From: Candidatus Pacearchaeota archaeon
GTDB lineage: Archaea > Nanobdellota > Nanobdellia > Pacearchaeales > GW2011-AR1
Direction: 5' to 3'
Assembly: GCA_009694755.1 (NCBI GenBank)
Contig: SICU01000001.1
Span: 1-48,513, forward strand
DNA: 48,513 bases
This document shows, piece by piece, positions 20,527-28,182 of the stretch. Each line of letters starts with the position of its first letter. Position 1 is the stretch's first letter. Under the pieces are notes generated by a model that was not told the DNA's origin, made no database searches, and saw only the letters and a program-made list of their open reading frames with translations. The translations under genes and the position numbers were made by a program.

Positions 20527-20589
20527 AGAAATTTGGAGGACAAATTTCTATCTGTTCAAAACAGACAATAATTATATTTTGAATAACAA

Positions 20590-20973
20590 ATGGCTGAAAC
20601 AAGAGAAACTCGACAAAAGAAAATTATTGAACAAGAATTATCTAAACTTAAATTCTTTTTTACTGCTGAAGAATTGCATAAAAAAGTTGTTAAGAAAGAT
20701 AGCAATATGGGAATAGCTACGATTTATCGTTTTTTAAAAGACTTGAAAAAAAATCGCAAAATCCATTCATTTTTTTGTAATAGAAGAAATTTATATTCTT
20801 TGAAAAATATGAACCATAGCCATTTTACGTGTGAATCTTGTGGTAAAATAGAACATCTAAAAACTGAAAATATTGGTTTCTTTAAAAAATTTATTTCTGG
20901 AGATATTTGTCATTTTCAGATAGAAGTTAGCGGTGTTTGTGCTCAATGTAAAGAACATAAGATATATAAATGA
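20590..20973 (+). CDS. Fur-family metalloregulator (Zur-like)
   Basis: wHTH (MGIATIYRFLKDL) and CxxC pairs (FTCESCGKIEHL, CAQC). Confidence 0.85.
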   Translation: MAETRETRQKKIIEQELSKLKFFFTAEELHKKVVKKDSNMGIATIYRFLKDLKKNRKIHSFFCNRRNLYSLKNMNHSHFTCESCGKIEHLKTENIGFFKKFISGDICHFQIEVSGVCAQCKEHKIYK

Positions 20974-20991
20974 GAAAAGATTATTTATTTT

Positions 20992-21408
20992 ATGTTTAGT
21001 GAATCTATAAATTTGCTTGGAATTTTAGCTGTTTCTTTAATTGTTTTTTTTATAGGCTGGATTTGGTGTGGTTTGTTATTTAAAAAACAATGGATAAAGT
21101 TGTCTAAAATTTCTGCATTAGATATTGCGAAAATTAAAGAGAAGACCGTAATTAAAACGATTTTCAATTTTATAGGCACTTTTATTATGGCTTTTGTGTT
21201 CGCTAATATTATTAATTTTATTGGAGTTTTAAGTTCTGGACAAGGTGCACTTTTAGGATTCTGGATTTGGCTCGGATTTTTTGCGTCTACTACACTTCTT
21301 GAATCAGTTCTTTGGGGGAATAAGTCGAGAGACTTTTTTGTGTTGTATGGTTTGTATTGGCTTATTGTTTTGATGGTTTCTGGAGCATTGTTAGTTGCTT
21401 GGATTTAA
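20992..21408 (+). CDS. Membrane protein (DUF1761-like)
   Basis: Four hydrophobic helices; N-terminal ...FFIGWIWCGLLFKKQW pattern. Confidence 0.55.
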   Translation: MFSESINLLGILAVSLIVFFIGWIWCGLLFKKQWIKLSKISALDIAKIKEKTVIKTIFNFIGTFIMAFVFANIINFIGVLSSGQGALLGFWIWLGFFASTTLLESVLWGNKSRDFFVLYGLYWLIVLMVSGALLVAWI

Positions 21409-21464
21409 TTTTAATTAACCCATACAAAGCTTTTTAATAGTTGTAATTTGTTTTTTAATTATAT

Positions 21465-21593
21465 GCGGGGGTAGCAAAGCGGTTAAATGCGCAAGACTTA
21501 AGATGTCGCTTTTCCATTAGGAGAAGTAGCTAAACAGGATGTAAGCCATCTTGTGGCTCAGTGCCTTCGGAGGTTCGAATCCTCCCTCCCGCA
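21465..21593 (+). tRNA. tRNA-Leu(UAA) with a ~45-nt intron at the canonical 37/38 position
   Basis: Acceptor GCGGGGG/CTCCCGC+A. Anticodon stem CAAGA...TCTTG, loop CTTAAGA. Long variable arm. T-arm GGAGG-TTCGAAT-CCTCC. CUUA/UAAG central helix flanked by 3-nt bulges (BHB-like). No encoded CCA. Confidence 0.85.
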
Positions 21594-21782
21594 TTTTTTA
21601 TAATTAGAGGATTCGAAGTGCTCGCTAACTGATGTTATCGGCAACTCCAAAACAAGTATATTTTGAAGTAATCCTCCCTCCCGCATTTTTTATAATTAGA
21701 GGATTCGAAGTGCTCGCTAACTGATGTTATCGGCAACTCCAAAACAAGTATATTTTGAAGTAATCCTCCCTCCCGCATTTTT
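21578..21782. repeat. Perfect 92-bp tandem repeat (2 full copies plus a 21-bp third) starting inside the tRNA-Leu T-loop
   Basis: AATCCTCCCTCCCGCATTTTT begins at 21578, 21670 and 21762. Copies 1 and 2 are identical over 92 bp. Confidence 0.95.
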
Positions 21783-21916
21783 CTATTCCGTAGCGAGTCT
21801 CCGAGCATGTGAGGAGAATCGAGCAAGAGAATAGAAAAACAAATGAGTAGATGGATTCGAAAAGAAGGAAAAATTAAAATTTTAAATATTTGATAAAAAT
21901 TTCTGAAAAAATATTT

Positions 21917-22117
21917 TTAATCTGAAGAATCGTCGATTTTGTCTAAAATTTCTTGCGTGCTGACAGCTACATCTCTTAAAGCGTCATCGTGAGACGCATT
22001 GCGATTTTTCTGAATATATTTTAAAGCGTGTGTTGCGCCAGCAATTATAGCCATTCTCAAAAGGAGATTTTCTTTTTCCATGAGTTGTTTTATAAATTCG
22101 AATATATAAGGTTTCAT
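21917..22117 (-). CDS. Small hypothetical protein
   Basis: 66-aa ORF, helical, acidic C-terminus. Confidence 0.4.
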   Translation of the reverse strand: MKPYIFEFIKQLMEKENLLLRMAIIAGATHALKYIQKNRNASHDDALRDVAVSTQEILDKIDDSSD

Positions 22118-22143
22118 ATACTAAAAGTTATAAATGGGTTTTT

Positions 22144-22920
22144 ATGAATTTATTTATGGATTCGAATGAATGTTTGAATGTAGAAGAACGAGTTGATTTT
22201 TTTAAGCTACTGGTTAGGCATTCAGAATCTAAATTTATTTTTGATACTGGCGTTCTCGGAGTATTTGATTTTTCTTCAATGTTTAAATTAGAGCGACCGT
22301 CAGATTCACGAATGCTGAAAATTCTGCGAGCTGAAACTACTCTTCTTGAAAGAATGAAATCTTTATTCAGAGAAGAGGAAATTGTTTTCCCTAACGAAGT
22401 TCGCAAAGAATATGCTTTTTTTACTAACATTCTTGAGAGACAATCGCGTGAAAGAAATGAGTATGATTCTTACGCCCCAATGTTGCGCGCTAGAAAAAAT
22501 TTACTTTGGCACCAGCCAACTGTTGGAGACTTAATCTCGAAAGATATTTTGCCATATTCTGGAAAAATTGACGAAACAGTTAGGGATATATCTAATTCGT
22601 TTTATAATACACATAATATACAAAGAAAAAACAGAGAAAATAAGGGGGGAGTTCCCGAACACGCATTTAACGATGAACATATTCTTGCTAAAGCGTTTAC
22701 TTTAACTTATTCACATCCTGTAAGACTTGTTTCTCCTGATAAGGATTTTATTGTGCTTTATCGTGAAATTATGCTTAATTTAGATAAATTTTTTCAAAAT
22801 GGAGTTCCGTCTCTACCAGATAATATTTTTGACTTGGTGTTCGTTGGCCATAATGGTTCAATGGAATTATTTAATCCTGAAAGCGTTAGAAGAAATAATG
22901 CATATTTTGGGAATAAATAA
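22144..22920 (+). CDS. Hypothetical protein, possibly PIN-like nuclease fold
   Basis: 258-aa ORF. Acidic positions FIFDTGV, NDEHILAKAF and VSPDKDF recall PIN-domain Asp/Glu spacing. Weak evidence. Confidence 0.55.
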   Translation: MNLFMDSNECLNVEERVDFFKLLVRHSESKFIFDTGVLGVFDFSSMFKLERPSDSRMLKILRAETTLLERMKSLFREEEIVFPNEVRKEYAFFTNILERQSRERNEYDSYAPMLRARKNLLWHQPTVGDLISKDILPYSGKIDETVRDISNSFYNTHNIQRKNRENKGGVPEHAFNDEHILAKAFTLTYSHPVRLVSPDKDFIVLYREIMLNLDKFFQNGVPSLPDNIFDLVFVGHNGSMELFNPESVRRNNAYFGNK

Positions 22921-22927
22921 GATATAC

Positions 22928-23031
22928 AAGCCTCAGGAGGGAATCGAACCCCCGACCTCAAGTTCTTTCTACTTTGATTTATTAATCAGAGTTTACGAAA
23001 CTTGCACTCTACCAACTGAGCTACTGAGGCT
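22928..23031 (-). tRNA. tRNA-Thr(CGU) with a ~29-nt intron at 37/38
   Basis: Reverse complement AGCCTCAGTAGCTCAGTTGGTAGAGTGCAAGTTTCGTAA[intron]ACTTGAGGTCGGGGGTTCGATTCCCTCCTGAGGCTT. Acceptor AGCCUCA/UGAGGCU. No encoded CCA. Confidence 0.85.
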
Positions 23032-23085
23032 TGATTAATGTCTGTCTGTAGCAAACAATAAAAAGGACTATGTTTTTTAAAGACT

Positions 23086-23529
23086 ATGGCTTCTAAATTG
23101 ATGATAGTTATTTCCTCTTTTCTTATTCTATCTTTGTTTGGAATAGTTTGGATTTTGGATTTTGATACTGCTAAAATGTATGAAACTACCGGTTTAGTTG
23201 TAAGTGCTGAATCTTTTCCAATTTATATCGAAACTCATCCTTTGATTAAAGAGTTACCGAAAGATTCTGCCATTTCTTTAGTTATCGGAAATAAAATATA
23301 TCGTCTTTCTAAAAATCATCTTGAAATTGATAAACAAATTGAAAAGTCGGATGTGATTATAAGTTTACCAAATGGTTATGAATCTATAATTGGAGAAAAG
23401 GGGTTATGTAATTCAGTTAAAGATGCTGTGAAAAATGAAGAGCTAAAATTTGAAACGAAAATTTCTAAAACGAAGTTATTTTTGAAATATCGTAACTTAA
23501 TTAAATATCGTGATTGTCTTGGAGATTAA
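23086..23529 (+). CDS. Membrane-anchored hypothetical protein
   Basis: N-terminal TM (LMIVISSFLILSLFGIVWIL). The stop abuts the argS ATG. Confidence 0.55.
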   Translation: MASKLMIVISSFLILSLFGIVWILDFDTAKMYETTGLVVSAESFPIYIETHPLIKELPKDSAISLVIGNKIYRLSKNHLEIDKQIEKSDVIISLPNGYESIIGEKGLCNSVKDAVKNEELKFETKISKTKLFLKYRNLIKYRDCLGD

Positions 23530-25206
23530 ATGTTTTCAGAGGTTTTAACTGCTTTGAGTGTATCTGGTTTATCTCGAACTGAATTAGAGAAACTTATTGA
23601 AATTCCTCGCGAGTCTTCTCACGGAGATTATGCGTTTCCGTGTTTTGTTCTTGCAAAAACTTGGAAAAAAAATCCTGTTGAAATTGCAAAAGAGCTTGCT
23701 AAAAAAATTAACACTTTAAAAGGATTTGAAAAAATTGAAGCTATTGGTCCATATGTTAATTTTTTTGCTGATAAAACTATTTTGACATTAAAAATTTTAA
23801 AAACAATATCTAAAGAAAAAGAAAAATACGGTTCTAATAATTTAGGCAACAAAAAAAGATTTATGATTGAATATTCTCAACCAAATACTCATAAAGCATT
23901 TCATATTGGACATATTCGCGGAACAGTTCTTGGTGAAAGTCTTGCTCGTTTGAGAAAATTTTGCGGATATGAAGTTATTCGCGCTAATTATTCTGGAGAC
24001 ACGGGAATGCATATTGCTAAATGGATTTGGTGTTACACTAAATTTCACTCAAAGGAAAAAATAAAATCAGAAGAATCTTGGTTCGCTAAAATTTATGTTG
24101 AAGCTGTGAAAAAATTAGAAGGAAATGAAATTGGAGAAACCGAAGTTTTAGAAATAAATAGAAAACTTGATGAAAGAAAAGATAAAAAAATAATGAAACT
24201 TTGGACTGAAACCAGATTGCGTTCTATTGCTTCGTGGAAACAGATATATCAAGATTTAGATGTTAAATTTAACAAACACTTTTTTGAAAGTAAAGTTGAA
24301 AAATCTGGGAAAAAAATAGCGTTGGAACTTGTGAAAAAAGGAATTGCTAAAATTGATGATGGATCTACGATTATGGATTTGAAGGATAAACATCTGGGAG
24401 TATGGGTTTTGCTTAGAAGTGACGGAACAGTTCTTTATTCTGCAAAGGACCTTGCACTTGCAGAGGAGAAATACTCTAAGTATAGAATTGATGAATCTTT
24501 AGTTATTACTAGTGTTGAACAAAACCTGCATTTTCAACAATTGCAAAAAACTATCGAGATTATGGGTTTTAAAAATTGGAAAGAGTATAACCATTTAGGA
24601 TATGAATCTGTGAGATTGCCTGAAGGTAAAATGTCTTCACGAACAGGAAATAATATTTTGTATTCTGATTTTCGTGATGAACTTGTTAATTCTGCTAAAG
24701 ATGAACTCAAACAAAGATTAGATTTGACAAATTTAGAACTAGAAAAAAGAGCGAAAGTTATTGCTATTGCCTCTATGAAATATCCTATGTTGAAACAAGA
24801 TACTAATAAAATTATTATTTTTGATAAAAATGAAGCTATCAGGTTTGAAGGAGATACTGGTCCTTATTTACTGTATAGTTATGCTCGTGCTAAAAGTATT
24901 TTGAAAAAAGTTAGTAAAACTAAAAATGAACTTAAAATGTACGAACTAACGGATTATGAAAAAAATCTTGTTACAGAGTTATCTCGTTTTCCAGATGTTG
25001 TTAAAAAAGCAAATAAACAATTTGCCGTTTCGGGAATTGTACATTATGTTTATACTCTTTCACAAACATTTAATGAATTTTATCATGCGTGTCCAGTCAT
25101 CGGAAGTGAGAAAAATTCTTTGAGAGCTGAAATTGTTAAAGCATTTTGTCAAGTTATGAAAAATGCAATGTATCTTTTGGGAATTCCATTGTTAGAAGAG
25201 ATGTAA
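23530..25206 (+). CDS. argS: Arginyl-tRNA synthetase
   Basis: YSQPNTHKAFHIGHIRG (HIGH), MSSRTGN, and a C-terminal anticodon-binding region. Confidence 0.9.
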   Translation: MFSEVLTALSVSGLSRTELEKLIEIPRESSHGDYAFPCFVLAKTWKKNPVEIAKELAKKINTLKGFEKIEAIGPYVNFFADKTILTLKILKTISKEKEKYGSNNLGNKKRFMIEYSQPNTHKAFHIGHIRGTVLGESLARLRKFCGYEVIRANYSGDTGMHIAKWIWCYTKFHSKEKIKSEESWFAKIYVEAVKKLEGNEIGETEVLEINRKLDERKDKKIMKLWTETRLRSIASWKQIYQDLDVKFNKHFFESKVEKSGKKIALELVKKGIAKIDDGSTIMDLKDKHLGVWVLLRSDGTVLYSAKDLALAEEKYSKYRIDESLVITSVEQNLHFQQLQKTIEIMGFKNWKEYNHLGYESVRLPEGKMSSRTGNNILYSDFRDELVNSAKDELKQRLDLTNLELEKRAKVIAIASMKYPMLKQDTNKIIIFDKNEAIRFEGDTGPYLLYSYARAKSILKKVSKTKNELKMYELTDYEKNLVTELSRFPDVVKKANKQFAVSGIVHYVYTLSQTFNEFYHACPVIGSEKNSLRAEIVKAFCQVMKNAMYLLGIPLLEEM

Positions 25207-25240
25207 TTTTAAGTTGAGATAATCTTTATATACACGCAAT

Positions 25241-25432
25241 TTGTTCTCTGAATTCATGGTCGGGGTTGAAAATATCTTATTGATTAATACAGGAGTTTCG
25301 TCTGTTGTGCTTTTTGTGATGTTTCTTTGGCTTATAATTAAACCAGTTCATAAAAATGAAGAAAGAGTTTATTTGAGTAAAGATATGAATAAGATTAAAG
25401 AGCAGATTTCTGAATCTGATGAAATTAAATAA
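25241..25432 (+). CDS. Small membrane protein (doubtful)
   Basis: 63-aa ORF with a non-ATG start and one TM helix. Confidence 0.3.
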   Translation: MFSEFMVGVENILLINTGVSSVVLFVMFLWLIIKPVHKNEERVYLSKDMNKIKEQISESDEIK

Positions 25433-25448
25433 ATCTCTCAACGAAACT

Positions 25449-25457
25449 CTTAAAAAC
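25449..25457 (+). promoter_or_regulatory. TATA-like element (cTTAAAAAC), 29 nt upstream of the ncRNA 5' helix
   Basis: Position 25449 + 29 = 25478, the first base of the terminal helix GTAGGCG. Confidence 0.5.
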
Positions 25458-25477
25458 TCTTGGTTCGCCGATTTTAT

Positions 25478-25734
25478 GTAGGCGAGTTGGCGCGCTAGCC
25501 CTGCGCTGTGGCACCTGCGGGCTTTAAGTGAACTTAAAGGAGTGCGTGACGCGAACGGATATGCGTCCTTTGCTGGACGTTGAGGTATTGTCCTGTTCGA
25601 CCGTGCTCCTGTGAAATGGGTCAGACCTTGATCGGAGCATCCCTAAACAGAAGCGTCGGTGCTTGCGGGAACGCAGTACTGAGAAAAGCGTTGGATTAAC
25701 GCATAAACGACGCGAAGCAATCTCCCCGCCTACA
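25478..25734 (+). ncRNA. Signal recognition particle (7S) RNA candidate
   Basis: GC-rich island in AT-rich DNA. Termini pair (GTAGGCG / CGCCTAC). 25609-25650 folds as CUGU-[GAAAU]-GGG-[UCAGA]-CC-loop-GG-[AGCAU]-CCC-[UAA]-ACAG. Its GGGUCAG...CGGAGCAUCCCUAAAC matches the SRP helix 8 consensus (GGUCAGG..GGAA..GGAGCAG..). Perfect hairpin CTTTAAG-TGAA-CTTAAAG. RNase P RNA was considered as an alternative. Confidence 0.55.
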
Positions 25735-25768
25735 CTTGTGAAAGGTTTAAAAAAGATTCTAGAATTAA

Positions 25769-26374
25769 AAAATTAGGATAACCCTTCCAAATTTTGAATC
25801 AGCTAAGAATTATGTATTTGGAAGATTAGAGAGAGAATTGTCACCTAATTTATTTTATCATGGAGTTCATCATACCAGAGATTAGGTATTGCCTGCGTTT
25901 GAACGGTTAGCTGCTCTTGAAGGAATAGTCGGCGAAAACCTTCTTTTAGGAAAAACTGCAGCGCTCCATCATGATGTAGGATACATTGAACAATATGCAA
26001 AAAATGAACCGATTGGTGTAAGAATTGCTACTGAAACATTACCTAATTTTGGATATTCTCCTAACCAGATAGAACGAATAGCACAAATAATTATGTCAAT
26101 ACAGCTACAGTTAGTTGGTGACAAATTTATCCAAGTTCCAGATTACAGAGATAGTTTACAATTGATTATGTGTGATTCTGATTTGGATTCTCTTGGAAGA
26201 AAAGATTTTTTTGCGGTTGGAGAAAATTTGCTAAGAGAGTTGAACGAAAATGGAACACAAATAGATTTGAGAGAATGGTATAATCTTCAACTTGATTTTC
26301 AGAAAAACCATTCTTATTTTACCGATGCGGCTAAAATATTAAGAAATGAACAAAAATCAAAAAATATATGCTAG
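25769..26374 (+). pseudogene. HD-domain phosphohydrolase interrupted by an in-frame TAG and lacking a start codon
   Basis: Frame reads ...PNFESAKNYVFGRLERELSPNLFYHGVHHTRD-TAG(25883-85)-VLPAFERLAALEG...HHDVGY...DSDLD. There is no ATG/GTG upstream of the TAG in this frame; the only TTG is at 25838. Confidence 0.55.
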
Positions 26375-26403
26375 ATTAAAGAACTATTGATTATTACTTA
26401 ATC

Positions 26404-26412
26404 TTTAAAAAC
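26404..26412 (+). promoter_or_regulatory. TATA-like element (TTTAAAAAC), 29 nt upstream of ATG 26433
   Basis: Exact spacing shared with 27489 and 28154. Confidence 0.55.
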
Positions 26413-26432
26413 TTCGTTTTCTTTTAATAGAT

Positions 26433-26966
26433 ATGATGATGAATAGACGTGGGCAAATTTTTTTGATGGCTACAATAATTCTTGCAGGAATATTGCTTGC
26501 ACTTACTAGCCTCACTAATCGAGGCGTGGTTAAAAAAGAGCCAGAAGCTTTTTATGATTTAGCTGATGAAATTGATTTTGAAGTTAAGAAAGTTTTAGAT
26601 TATGGGGTTATTAATGGCGGTCAAAACAATAGGACATTTGCAAATCAGTTATTAAATAATTATAGCGAATATGTTGCAAGCGATGATATCGTATTTATTT
26701 ATGGAGACAGCGTTTCTGTTTCTGCAATTTATTATCAAAGTTTAACTAATTTGAATGCTGTTTCTTTGGGAAGTATTTCTGTTCCAGTCAGTTATACTTT
26801 AGCTAGCCAAACTTCCGTAGAAATTTATCCGCTTGATAATTTAAATAATGTCGCTAAAGTGCGTATTCGAGATAGAGATTATAATTTTAATTTAAAGCCC
26901 GGGCAAAACTTTTATTTCGTTCTAATTAAAGAAGAAGAAGGTGAACAATTTGTTACAGTTCAATAA
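26433..26966 (+). CDS. Prepilin-like protein (class III signal peptide)
   Basis: MMMNRRG|QIFLMATIILAGILLAL. Confidence 0.75.
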   Translation: MMMNRRGQIFLMATIILAGILLALTSLTNRGVVKKEPEAFYDLADEIDFEVKKVLDYGVINGGQNNRTFANQLLNNYSEYVASDDIVFIYGDSVSVSAIYYQSLTNLNAVSLGSISVPVSYTLASQTSVEIYPLDNLNNVAKVRIRDRDYNFNLKPGQNFYFVLIKEEEGEQFVTVQ

Positions 26967-27450
26967 AAAAGCGGAAAGCTTGATGATAGGATATGTTATT
27001 TTGATTGTGATTACTATTTCTCTTTCGACGGGAGTATTTATTTATTTGAAATTATATTTGCCTGATGACAAACTAGAATGTTCGCAAGATATAGATTTAT
27101 CTATTGATGATTTAACTTGTAGTCGTTCTGGAATTGGAACAAATTATATTGTTGGCGTAAATTTTACAAATAGAGGACTGTTTAGTGTTGATTCTGTTTT
27201 CATTAAAATTGGTGATGCAGATAGAATTTTGAAAACAACTTTGAACAAAGTTGATGAAGACAGAATGAAATCAATTTGTAATAATTGGGAATTATCTTTA
27301 AAACCTGGTGCAGAATTTTGTAAAACTTATACTTATTCAGCGAATCCTGTAAATCTTCAAGAAGTAACTATTGAACCTCTTGTTTGGATTGAAAATCAAC
27401 CTATTTTGTGCCCTGAATCAATTGTTACTAAAATAATTTCTTGTCAATAA
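26941..27450 (+). CDS. Prepilin-like protein
   Basis: GTG start. ...NKKAES|LMIGYVILIVITISL hydrophobic N-terminus. Overlaps the upstream gene end. Confidence 0.6.
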   Translation: MNNLLQFNKKAESLMIGYVILIVITISLSTGVFIYLKLYLPDDKLECSQDIDLSIDDLTCSRSGIGTNYIVGVNFTNRGLFSVDSVFIKIGDADRILKTTLNKVDEDRMKSICNNWELSLKPGAEFCKTYTYSANPVNLQEVTIEPLVWIENQPILCPESIVTKIISCQ

Positions 27451-27488
27451 TTAAAAAAACAATTGGCCACCAAACACGTTGACATAAA

Positions 27489-27497
27489 TATAAAAAC
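27489..27497 (+). promoter_or_regulatory. TATA-like element (TATAAAAAC), 29 nt upstream of ATG 27518
   Basis: Identical 9-mer to 28154-28162. Confidence 0.55.
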
Positions 27498-27517
27498 TTG
27501 AATTATTTTTAGATAAT

Positions 27518-28018
27518 ATGAATAAACGAGGAATTACTCCACTTATTGCGACGGCTTTGCTGATTGTAATCGTTGTTGTTCTTGCGTTTATTGTTTTCTT
27601 TTGGGCACGAGGTTTTTTAACTGAAAGTGCTCAAAAAAATGATAGAGCTGTAGAAATTTCTTGCGCGAATGCAAAATTTGAAGCAGAGATTATTCAATCT
27701 GCGTCAAATTGTCAAACTCAAACTGGGAGAAATTCTGCTGTTGATATTAATAATCTTGGAAATATTCCGATTTACGGAATTCAAGTTTTAGAATATAATC
27801 CTACTACTGGAAATGTGAATGTTGAACCTCTTGCTGAACACACTTTTACTGGGACAATTACTATTGGTAAATCTGCGTCTGTTTGTTTAGGACGAACTGT
27901 TGCTGGAGGAAATTCTTTCAAGATTGTCCCTAAATTACTTGCACAACGAGAACAAACAAAAATAGTTTACACTTGTCCTGAAAATTCGGGACTTGGTATC
28001 GATTACCAAGGAATATAA
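27518..28018 (+). CDS. Archaeal type IV pilin (flagellin N-terminal-like domain)
   Basis: MNKRG|ITPLIATALLIVIVVVLAFIVFFW. Confidence 0.85.
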   Translation: MNKRGITPLIATALLIVIVVVLAFIVFFWARGFLTESAQKNDRAVEISCANAKFEAEIIQSASNCQTQTGRNSAVDINNLGNIPIYGIQVLEYNPTTGNVNVEPLAEHTFTGTITIGKSASVCLGRTVAGGNSFKIVPKLLAQREQTKIVYTCPENSGLGIDYQGI

Positions 28019-28024
28019 TTTCTT

Positions 28025-28156
28025 AAAAAATGAGGGTTTTTTCTTTTTTTAAAGATTAACCTTGTGTCATCATAATCAAGGTTAACATATAAAAAATGAG
28101 GGTTTTTTCTTTTTTTAAAGATTAACCTTGTGTCATCATAATCAAGGTTAACATAT
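28025..28156. repeat. Perfect 66-bp tandem duplication (2 copies), each with a 9-bp-stem hairpin and a TATA-like element
   Basis: Copy 1 is 28025-28090 and copy 2 is 28091-28156, identical. Hairpin TTAACCTTG-N12-CAAGGTTAA. T-rich tract GGGTTTTTTCTTTTTTT. Confidence 0.95.
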
Positions 28157-28162
28157 AAAAAC
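28154..28162 (+). promoter_or_regulatory. TATA-like element (TATAAAAAC), 29 nt upstream of ATG 28183
   Basis: Lies at the end of repeat copy 2. Confidence 0.55.
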
Positions 28163-28182
28163 TACTTTTACTGTAAATCATT

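Noticed and set aside
21635-21826. 63-aa minus-strand ORF inside the 92-bp repeat.
   Set aside because: It is generated by the repeat itself, giving internally duplicated peptide sequence. It has no promoter geometry and overlaps tRNA-derived sequence.
21594-22927. The 1.3 kb between tRNA-Leu and tRNA-Thr as an integrated mobile element.
   Set aside because: There is no integrase, transposase or viral gene, and only one side has att-like repeats. It is reported as a repeat finding rather than called a mobile element.
25478-25734. Reading the 257-nt GC-rich RNA as RNase P RNA (GUGAAAUGGGU resembling CR-III, ACAGAAGCGUCGG resembling CR-V, GACGC/GCGUC as P4).
   Set aside because: No GGAAAGUCC-type CR-I lies directly 5' of the putative P4 strand (an 8-nt insertion separates them). 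About 85 nt with two hairpins follow the ACAGAA, which is too much for P4'-P1'. The CR-III-like and ACAGAA motifs are only ~35 nt apart. The same nucleotides fit SRP helix 8 better, with identical spacing to the E. coli and human motif and CGGAGCA...AAAC on the 3' side. Kept as the stated alternative.
25883-25885. TAG reassignment (for example pyrrolysine or another recoding) to explain the in-frame TAG in the HD gene.
   Set aside because: TAG clearly terminates well-conserved genes in the window: the cyclophilin at 5690-92, the ATPase at 30800-02, and the ORF ending at 10315. No pyl genes are seen, and the gene also lacks a start codon. A pseudogene or a sequencing error is more parsimonious.
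21578-28156. The two tandem repeats (92 bp at 21578-21782, 66 bp at 28025-28156) as CRISPR arrays.
   Set aside because: There are only about two contiguous copies with no unique spacers between them, the unit sizes are atypical, and no cas genes are present.
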